From contig JBDRJN010000014.1 in NCBI GenBank assembly GCA_043814965.1, positions 3,084-67,083 of the forward strand: a stretch of DNA of 64,000 nt, read 5' to 3'. Each line of letters opens with the position of its first letter. Within the stretch, counting starts at the first letter, position 1. The notes below the pieces were generated by a model. The model had not been told where the DNA came from. It did no database searches and was given only the letters and a program-made list of their open reading frames with translations. Origin of the DNA: Candidatus Omnitrophota bacterium (GTDB lineage: Bacteria; Omnitrophota; Gorgyraeia; Gorgyraeales; Gorgyraeaceae). The position numbers and the translations under genes were made by a program. Of the stretch, positions 38,316 through 47,200 are shown piece after piece.

Positions 38316-39401
38316 ATGACACGACAGATAAAAGTTGGAAAAGTTAAGATCGGCGGCGGGGCTCCTGTGTCAGTGCAGTCTATGGTAAAGACTGAAACGA
38401 CTAAGGTCCAGTCAGTCATTAAAGAGATAAAGGCCTTGGAGGATGTTGGGTGTGAGATCGTAAGGCTTGCAGTAAAAGATAATAAAGGAGCTTCTTGTTT
38501 AAAAAAGATAAAGAGTTCTGTCAATATACCCATTGTAGCTGATATTCATTATGACTATAGGCTCGCGCTTTTAGCTATTGAAAACGGGGTGGATAAGATC
38601 AGATTGAACCCGGGCAATATCTATAAAAAAGAACATGTCTTTGAGGTCGCTAGGCATGCTAAAAAGAATAGGATCCCTATTAGAGTAGGGGTGAATTCCG
38701 GGTCATTAAAGACACAAGACACAAGACACAAGACACAAGACACAAGACACAAGTCACAAGACACAAGTCACAAGTCACAAGTTGATATTATGGTGAAGTC
38801 AGCGTTAGATTATATAAAGCTCTTGGAGAAGGCTGGATTTTACGATATAATAGTCTCATTAAAGGCATCGGATGTGCTTATGACAATAGATGCTTATAGA
38901 AAGTTTTCTAAGGCATCAGATTATCCTCTTCACCTTGGCGTAACTGCAGCAGGCCCTAAATCATCTGGCCTGGTCAAGTCTTCTATAGGCATAGGGGTGT
39001 TATTACTAGAAGGCATAGGGGATACGATCAGGGTATCCTTGACAGGGAATTCTTCCAGCGAAGTCATGGCTGCGCAGAATATTTTGCAGGCTATAAACTT
39101 AAGGAGATTTTATCCCGAGATCATCTCTTGCCCAACATGCGGGAGGTGCCAGGTAGATTTGAGCCAGATAGTGGCTAAAGTAGAGGAACGGATTACGGAT
39201 TACGGGTTACGGGTTACGGGTAAAAAAAATCCGAAGATCGCTATAATGGGCTGTGAAGTCAATGGCCCGGGTGAAGCAAAAGAAGCTGATTTCGGCATTG
39301 CATTTGGCAAAGGGGCCGGAGTATTGTTCAAAAAAGGTAAGATTATAAAGAGAATCGAAGAAAAAGACACTATCAAGACACTCTTACGCTATTTAGGGTA
39401 A
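38316..39401 (+). CDS. ispG: HMBPP synthase with two heptamer-repeat-derived loops
   Basis: VQSM, VADIH, RLNPGNI, IGDTIRVSLT, CPTCGRC, GCEVNGPGEA. Confidence 0.97.
   Translation: MTRQIKVGKVKIGGGAPVSVQSMVKTETTKVQSVIKEIKALEDVGCEIVRLAVKDNKGASCLKKIKSSVNIPIVADIHYDYRLALLAIENGVDKIRLNPGNIYKKEHVFEVARHAKKNRIPIRVGVNSGSLKTQDTRHKTQDTRHKSQDTSHKSQVDIMVKSALDYIKLLEKAGFYDIIVSLKASDVLMTIDAYRKFSKASDYPLHLGVTAAGPKSSGLVKSSIGIGVLLLEGIGDTIRVSLTGNSSSEVMAAQNILQAINLRRFYPEIISCPTCGRCQVDLSQIVAKVEERITDYGLRVTGKKNPKIAIMGCEVNGPGEAKEADFGIAFGKGAGVLFKKGKIIKRIEEKDTIKTLLRYLG
38709..38778 (+). repeat. Ten tandem AAG(A/T)CAC heptamers inside ispG
   Basis: Counted directly; encodes KTQDTRHKTQDTRHKSQDTSHKSQ. Confidence 0.95.
39188..39222 (+). 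repeat. Five tandem ACGG(A/G)TT heptamers inside ispG
   Basis: ACGGATT ACGGATT ACGGGTT ACGGGTT ACGGGTA; encodes RITDYGLRVTG. Confidence 0.9.
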
Positions 39402-39426
39402 CTGTGAACGGGGTGCGGGATACAAA

Positions 39427-41157
39427 ATGCGTTGGTCAAAATATTTTATACCTACATTAAAAGAGATCCCTGCTGAAGCAGAGGCAGTAAGCCACAAGCT
39501 CATGATAAGAGCAGGCCTTATAAGAAAACTTGCTTCAGGAGCTTATACTTATTTACCGCTTGGCCTAAAGGTCTTAAAAAAAGTAGAGAATATTATACGG
39601 GAAGAGATGGATAAAAAAGGCGCGATAGAGCTTTTTTTGCCTTCCCTCCAGCCAGTTGAGTTATGGCATGAATCAGGTAGGTATAAGGCCTTGGGAGAGG
39701 ATCTTATAAAGTTTAAGGATAGACATGATCGCGTTATGGTATTCGGGCCTACACATGAAGAAGTTATAACTGACCTAGTCAGAAATCATATAAAAAGCTA
39801 TAGACAACTGCCCATAACATTGTATCAGATACAGACAAAATTTAGAGATGAGGTGCGCCCTAGATTTGGCGTGATGAGAAGCAGGGAATTCATAATGAAG
39901 GATGCGTATAGCTTTGATAGGGACACGCAAGGCCTTGATAAGAGCTATAAGTCAATGTATGAGGCATATGAGGCTATTTTTAAAAGGTGCGGCCTCGAGG
40001 TAATAGCAGTAGAAGCTGATTCAGGGGTCATGGGTGGAGATGTCTCTCATGAATTTATGATGTTAGCTGAAAGCGGTGAAGATAAATTAGCGCATTGCGT
40101 GTCTTGCGGTTATGCTGCAAGTTTAGATGTTGCAAGTTGCAAGACACCTGCCTGCCGGCAGGCAGGGCAAGACACAAATTGCAAGATGCAGGCGATGAAA
40201 GAAGTAGACACTCCAGGGGTGAGCACTATTGAGAAGGTCTCAGAACTCTTAAAGACAAAGCCAGATAAAATGGTAAAAACGCTTATATATATATCGGATG
40301 AGAAACCAGTCGCAGTGCTCATAAGGGGTGACCAAGAAGCAAATGAAGCAAAGATAAAAAAATATCTTAATACTACTTCATTAGAGATGGCAGGCGAGGA
40401 CACTATTAAAAAGGCAACAGGAGGTCCTCTTGGTTTTTCAGGGCCAGTAGGCCTCAAAGATATCAGGATAATAGCTGATAATTCCATAAAGGCCATGTCA
40501 AATTTTATAACAGGAGCCAATAAAAATGACAAGCATCTTTTGAATGTCAATCTGGAAAGAGACCTTAAGGTCAAAGAATATGGGGACCTCAGGATGGCTG
40601 GAGAAGGCGATATATGTCCTAAGTGTTCGAAAGCAATAAAGATAGAAAATGCTATTGAAATGGGGCATGTATTTAAATTGGGCTTAAAGTATTCAAAGGC
40701 AATGTCAGCTGAATTCCTGGATGAGGACAGTACGCTTAAGCCAATGGTAATGGGATGTTATGGCATAGGGGTCAATAGGATCATAGCAGCTTCTATAGAG
40801 CTGCATAATGATAGATCAGGCATAATATGGCCTAGGTCTATTGCGCCATTTGATGTAGTTATAGTTCCTATAAATTATGAAAAAGAGGCTGTTAAAACAT
40901 GCGCTGACAAAGTATATAACTTATTGAAAGAAAATAAGTTAGATGTATTGATAGATGATAGGGACCTGAGCGCTGGAGTAAAATTCAATGATACTGAACT
41001 TATAGGAATACCTCTTCAGGTAGTTATAGGCGAAAGAGGCCTTAAAAATAATACAGTTGAGATCAAGGAAAGACAGCAAGGCCAAGCAAAGCAAGTCAAA
41101 AACCAAGCCAAAGATATTCTAGCAGCAATCCTTAATCTATCGGATAAAGATCAGTAA
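39427..41157 (+). CDS. proS: Proline--tRNA ligase (bacterial type with editing domain)
   Basis: SHKLMIRAG, GPTHEE, KFRDEVRPRFGVMRSREF, MGCYGIGV. Confidence 0.98.
   Translation: MRWSKYFIPTLKEIPAEAEAVSHKLMIRAGLIRKLASGAYTYLPLGLKVLKKVENIIREEMDKKGAIELFLPSLQPVELWHESGRYKALGEDLIKFKDRHDRVMVFGPTHEEVITDLVRNHIKSYRQLPITLYQIQTKFRDEVRPRFGVMRSREFIMKDAYSFDRDTQGLDKSYKSMYEAYEAIFKRCGLEVIAVEADSGVMGGDVSHEFMMLAESGEDKLAHCVSCGYAASLDVASCKTPACRQAGQDTNCKMQAMKEVDTPGVSTIEKVSELLKTKPDKMVKTLIYISDEKPVAVLIRGDQEANEAKIKKYLNTTSLEMAGEDTIKKATGGPLGFSGPVGLKDIRIIADNSIKAMSNFITGANKNDKHLLNVNLERDLKVKEYGDLRMAGEGDICPKCSKAIKIENAIEMGHVFKLGLKYSKAMSAEFLDEDSTLKPMVMGCYGIGVNRIIAASIELHNDRSGIIWPRSIAPFDVVIVPINYEKEAVKTCADKVYNLLKENKLDVLIDDRDLSAGVKFNDTELIGIPLQVVIGERGLKNNTVEIKERQQGQAKQVKNQAKDILAAILNLSDKDQ
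40147..40166. repeat. Perfect 20-bp palindrome CCTGCCTGCCGGCAGGCAGG inside proS
   Basis: Self-complementary; encodes PACRQAG; embedded in TGCAAG-type heptamers; second copy at 49555. Confidence 0.9.
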
Positions 41158-41174
41158 TATATTATCAGTATATA

Positions 41175-41203
41175 TTGACAGGAAAGCGGTTACATGGTAT
41201 ACT
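41175..41203 (+). promoter_or_regulatory. Near-consensus sigma70 promoter of the giant gene
   Basis: TTGACA-17 bp-TATACT with a TG extended -10; AAGGAG RBS before ATG 41287. Confidence 0.7.
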
Positions 41204-41209
41204 TATAAT

Positions 41210-41238
41210 AGCTACTTTCAAATACTTTTAAAGTAGCT
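41210..41238. promoter_or_regulatory. Inverted repeat at the predicted transcription start (operator or leader hairpin)
   Basis: AGCTACTTT-11 nt-AAAGTAGCT. Confidence 0.5.
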
Positions 41239-41286
41239 TTAATAAGTCAAACAAACAGGTTAAATAGGAAAAGTAAGGAGATATTA

Positions 41287-44200
41287 ATGACAGTATGTTC
41301 TTTAAGGAAAACGTGTTCTGTCTTTTTAATAGTGATCTTTACTATTACTAATATTGCCTATGGAGCTCCCAGCGAAAGGTCCTTTTTTAAGAATAAAAAA
41401 GTAGATTATAAGAAATTAAGCACCCAAAGCCAAGAACAGCTCGAGAAGAAAAAGGCTGTTTTAAGCGGTGAAGATGTAAAAAAGACAAGTAAAAAACCTT
41501 CCAAGGCCAAGCAAATAGATTTTAGCGCCCATCTAAGCGATATATCAGAGATAAATATCCCCGGCGAATTAGGAAGAGTCGTTGAGGTATATAAAGCCCC
41601 TGATTCTGAAAAAGACAAGAACAGGCTTGTAGTACATATCCAGGACCTCCATGCCAATCCTGAGGCTACACTTAACCTGGCAAGTATATTGGAGATATTG
41701 GTAAAAGATTATAACCTGGATCTAATATGTTCTGAAGGCGCGGAAGGAGAGGTTGATACATCAAGCGTTTCCAGTTTTCCTGACGCTGAGATCAGGAAAA
41801 AGACAGCAAAGCTATTTGTAAATTCAGGAGAACTTACAGGAGAAGAATACCTTTCTATTACCAAATACCCGGATCTTCCTATATGGGGAATAGAAGATAA
41901 GGATATATATTTCAATAATATAGTCCAGTTCAATAAGATAATGCAGTTTTCCAACTCCAGTTATGTCTTTATCTCGCAGTGCACAAATGCGCTGGATGCG
42001 TTGAAGCCTTACATATACTCAAAAGAGATCCTGGAATTGGACCAGAAAGAATCCGAATACGATAATGGTAATCTGGAGACATCTTTGTACCTGGATTATG
42101 TCTTGCCTTATGTGGAGCAGTTCAATATATCGAAAGACAAATATAAAAATATCTCTCTTTTAACAGAGACGATGGCTAAAGAAAAGACTATTGACCAGCA
42201 AAAGGTGATGAAAGAATCGCAAGACCTTTTAATGGACCTTCAGAATATGCTTTCAAGAAAAGGCGGAGAATCTGACCTGGAAGCCCTGATAGCCAAGGCA
42301 GAGCTTTTTAAGAATAAGAAAATATCGCCATTCTCTTTCTATAATTACCTGAAGGGCCTGGCTCAGAAGCACCTGAAGGAGAAATCAGAGAGCTATACGT
42401 ATCTAAATGAATTTATAGATTATCTTACCAAGGTAAACGATCTTGATGCTTCAAAGCTTTTTACTGAGATCGGGGAATTAAGTTATGAGATAAAAGATAA
42501 TCTTGCCAAAAAAGACGAAGAAAAGCTTCTTACAAAGGTTATACGTAATGCAAAGTTCTTGACAGGGTTTTTTAGCCTCAAGATATCCAATGAAGAGCTT
42601 GACTACTACCTGGAAGACAAACCTTCTTTTGAAGTATCATTCTTTAAGGAATTCCTAGAGCCCAACCTTAAAAAATATAATATTACGAGTTACGTGGATT
42701 ATAACCCTGAATTTATAGACAATAAGTTCAGCGAAATAGAGGAGTTTTACGGTACTGTAAAATCGCGAGATTTTTCCATGTTCAATAATTCCATGTCTCA
42801 GATCGAAAGTAGAAGAGCAAAAGTCGCAGCCCTTATATCAGGAGGTTTTCATACCAGGGGCATAACAAAACTATTAAGAGAAAAAGGTTATTCTTATGTA
42901 GTTATATCCCCTTACTCTTCGCAGGAGACAGATGAAGAGAACTACCACTTCCTTCTCTCAGGACAGCGTAAACCAATAGAAGAGCTTATAAGGCAGCTAG
43001 ACGTAGAAGAGACAGTCGATAGATTATCTTCCAATGATAATCTGCGCAGTTTAATGCGTTTCGGGAATAATACAGTAGAGGCCTGGAATAATTCTGTAGT
43101 ACCTCAAAAGATAGCTGAGATATTGGGATTAAAAGTAGAAGACGTACAATTAGAGCCTTTATTGAATGATGCTGCAATTGTGCTGGGATTAAGCAGCGGC
43201 GCAGAAGCATGGCATAGTTCTCCGGTAGGTATGGAAGTAAGGTCTCCAAGAAAAGGAGAGATAATATTAAAGTTCGATGATAATAGTTATGTAAAGATGA
43301 CGAGCCTTGGAGAGGTAAAACGTGTAGATAAAAAAGAATTCAGAGGAAAGACCACTCTTAGCATAACTCCTAATGTAGACGGAACTATAAATGTAGCTGA
43401 AACTGATAGAGGCAAAGGTTCGCCCCTGGAGTTGTTAAAATTCATGGTGGATGGGACATATTACGAAGGGGAGTCCATATCTAAAGCAGATTTAGTAGCT
43501 GGAAGGTCTTTTTCTGTATCTACTATAGACCTAGAGATAAAAAGCCTTACAGAACTCGGACTATTAAAAAAGAATAGTGATGGGACATATGAACTTACGA
43601 GCTATATAGGCCTAGAGCAATATAATAATATTAAAGCAGTTACAGGTCCTATAGTACAAGTTAATGGTAAAAACGAGGGATTAAATCGTTATAGGATAGA
43701 CGACCTGTCAGAAGATAAAAAGAATGAATTTAAAAATGCCATAGACTTTGCTGTAACTTACCAAAAGACCCCATCAAACTTTCTAAAAAAATTAATCCTT
43801 GCAGGAGGCAAGCTTGATATCAAAGGTACCGGTGAATCTGGCGAGGCCCTTGCGCTTTATTATGCGGATCTAGCTGAGACTTTTGCAGGACCTACTGGAA
43901 TAGAATCTGTGGCATTGAGTAAAAATATTACATTTGCTGAGGCAGGGCTTATAGCAGATATTGTAGATCATGCCAGCGCGCTTAATATTACAGGAACCAG
44001 AAACAGCATAAGTCAAGCTTTTGAAACAGCAAAAAATCTTTCTGTATCACGAGAGGAGCCTAGATACAGTATAAAAGAGACGTCACTAAGTTCAGATTTT
44101 GAAATAGCAAGAAATCTTCCTGATATGTATAGAGATCTTTCCCCGGAAAAGATCAAAGACAAGATCATAATAGTACGAGGCAATTTAAACGCGCCTTTGG

Positions 44201-47200
44201 ATAAATCTGGAGAAGTAAGTGATCCTACCAGGCCGGATAATATTGATAAGGCTGTTACTTATATAATTGAAAATGGAGGTACACCTGTTGTCTATGGCCA
44301 TCTCATGAGGCGTGAAAATAATATATCTATGGAGCCAGTAGCTAGTTATTTATCAGATAAATACGGACAAGATGATGTAGTTTTTCATAAGGGTAGCATC
44401 ACTAAAGACGGATTAACGATCAGTCGAAATAATATTATAAGGGGTAAGATCAATATCCTTGAAAATATAAGGCTCGTAGACAAAGAAAATGAAGCAAAGC
44501 TTGGCAGGCAGATCGCATCTCTTTCTGAAGACAAGATATTAGTAGCTGACGCGCTTGGGGATGAAGGATCAAGCGATGTCGTACATGTCTATAATGCCGC
44601 TAGCGAGGTATATCAGGGGCCGGAAGAAAGAAGAGAATTTTCTGAATTGGAAGATACACTGAAAAATGGCGTTGATGTAGTATTGTTCGGTGGATTTAAA
44701 ATAGAAAAACTGGATCTTTTATTAAGGCTGGTCGATGCCCTGAGAGATGGCGGTGTTGTCTTATTGGGGTCAGGACCTTCAGACCACATCAGGAACGATC
44801 CTGAAATAAAAGAGCAATTAAAAGGCCTTATTGATGCAGGAAAGATCATCTTAGCTGAAGGGGATAAGTATTATTTTAATAAAGTAATGGGAAGGGACAT
44901 GCCAGGAGATATCTCTTCTCAGGATCTAGAGAGATACTCCAATATCCTTGATAACCTTAAACCAGGCCAGAGGGTCTTATTTAATGGGACAATGGGTTTT
45001 ATGGAGAAAAAGGATAGTAATGAAAATATAGAAATATCCTATAGAGAAGGTACTAAAAAGATACTCGAGAAAGTATCTGAGATCAGTGAAAAAGGCGTAA
45101 AAGGCCTTGGAGTCGGAGGAGATGGTACAAAATGGGCCAGGCATTATAGATTGAATAAGAAGGAAAATATAATGCTGTCTACAGGAGGTGGAGTTTCCCT
45201 AAGCCTTATTACGCATGAACCTTTAAAAGGTACTAAAGCGCTTTCCAATAGAGCGCAAACTCAGAAAATTGCAAAGCGAGATTTTTCATCTGAGTATGGC
45301 TATGTAGCTGAGGATTTAGTCGGTCCGCTAGCTAGCATGGCAAAAACTACCAGCCAGGATAATACACCTTACGCAAAATACGCATCAGATAGAGATAATG
45401 TAAGCCCCTCTACCATAAAGACACAACCTGCTATTGGCCGTCCGGAAGCGGTAGCGTATGAGGCAGATTCTCCTTATAATATAATAACGCAGTTACAAGA
45501 AGCTAAAAAAACTGACTATGCCCGAAACTTACAGGATGTAATGAGTGTCGCATTAAGGGATTATCCGGAATTGAGAGATATTTCTTTTAAGATAAAAATA
45601 ATCAGCAACAGCCAGGAAAACCTTGCTGAATATATGCCAGGCCAGGAAATGATAACAATAGATGAGTCTATACTCGCTAATTTTGAACTTATGCGCCAGG
45701 AGCTTATCTCGGAAGAATTCCGCCATATGCTATATAATAATCTTGTACGGTCAGTAAGAAATAAAGATGTAACGCCTAGGCAGAGACTTGTAGAAGAGGC
45801 TGCCACAGATATGCAGAAATTTAGGGACCTTCTTAGGATACAGACAGCCGAGGGAAGAGCTGCTCTTATCGGGCCTTTGATCTATTCTACTGATAAATTC
45901 AATTTCTACAGGCTGCTTTTGAGAACTATACCGCAGGGAAAAGAAAGGAACGATGTCCTGGATATTCTTCTTCGAGACCATTTTATATCAGAAGATTTTA
46001 GAAATAATTATAGTGAGCGTAAAGGGATAAGCGGAGATGAGGAAAGGCAGGTAGAGGCCTTAAATACTCATTATAAAAACAATTCTGTATTTTCTCCGGA
46101 ATTACAGCGCTTGATGATTAAACCTATAACGCTTGAAGAAGTGAAAGCTTATGAAACCGATTTCAATAATATCAGGCTAGAGTATAGAGCGCAGAAGATG
46201 GCTGAAAAGCCGGCATCAGCTGAAGATACATGGACAGAGGTTACTAAGAAGTTTACAGATAAGGCAGAACAATATGAACGTGCAATGATACTTACTGAGT
46301 TAGATAAGATCGCTAGCGGCGACTATGTGGCTGAGGATCTAATCGGTCCGCTAGCTATTAACCAGCTTCCTATAGATGTAAGTGATGATAGAGATACTGT
46401 AGGAATTCTTTTGTCAGCAGAAGGGTTACTTGGAAAAGGTTTTATTAGCGAGAGAAGAATAGATAATAACAATGATCTCGACAGGACCAATCCTTCTAAG
46501 CCAGCTTACTATATTGACCGCATGGAGAATGCATTAGAAGAGCACAGTACATATGATGAGATAATACTCGCAGTTATAGATGACAGGATGAAAACACAGG
46601 TCTGGAAAGAGATTAAAACTGCATTCCAGGGTACTGAATACGAGTTTCTTTTACGTAAGATTAGAGTAGTAAGCAAGATCAAACCTGATACAGGCAATCA
46701 TGATGCAGTAATTGAACTGCTTGATTCAGCTGTAGGTGTAGGAAAAAAGGAAGATAATGATAAAGGTCGTTTCCTTATTATACAGACTGCCGGAAGCGGA
46801 TCTAGGAACTATCCTTTAACAGCAACTGCTAAAGGCAATAAGGGCCTAGTACAGGTACCGGGAGATATTGATGGTAAGGCAGTGTTCAATAATATTATTC
46901 AGACTATCTGCCAATCACATCAGCTCCTTGATGATACCCCATCTGGGACAGTTACTGTGCTGGGATGTGACCAGCTTTGGGCTGTAGCTAATTCAGTAAA
47001 AGGTAGTGGTGCAGGCTTAGATATTCTTGGCAATAGTGTTAGCATGGATAATGTTATTAAAGAACTCGTAGATCTAGGGATTATAAATGGAGTAGAAAAC
47101 AGCAAAATTATTTCTGATCTAACTGAAGAAGAGATTGCTTTAAGAATAGACTATCTTTTTGACCCTAAGATCAGAACTGAAGAAGTAGGTCTAAAATGGA

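Noticed and set aside
38709-38778. Possible CRISPR array
   Set aside because: Contiguous 7-bp units with no spacers, and no cas genes in the window.
41077-41113. CAAG-rich stretch at the proS 3' end (QQGQAKQVKNQAK)
   Set aside because: Irregular period and too degenerate to assign to the heptamer families.
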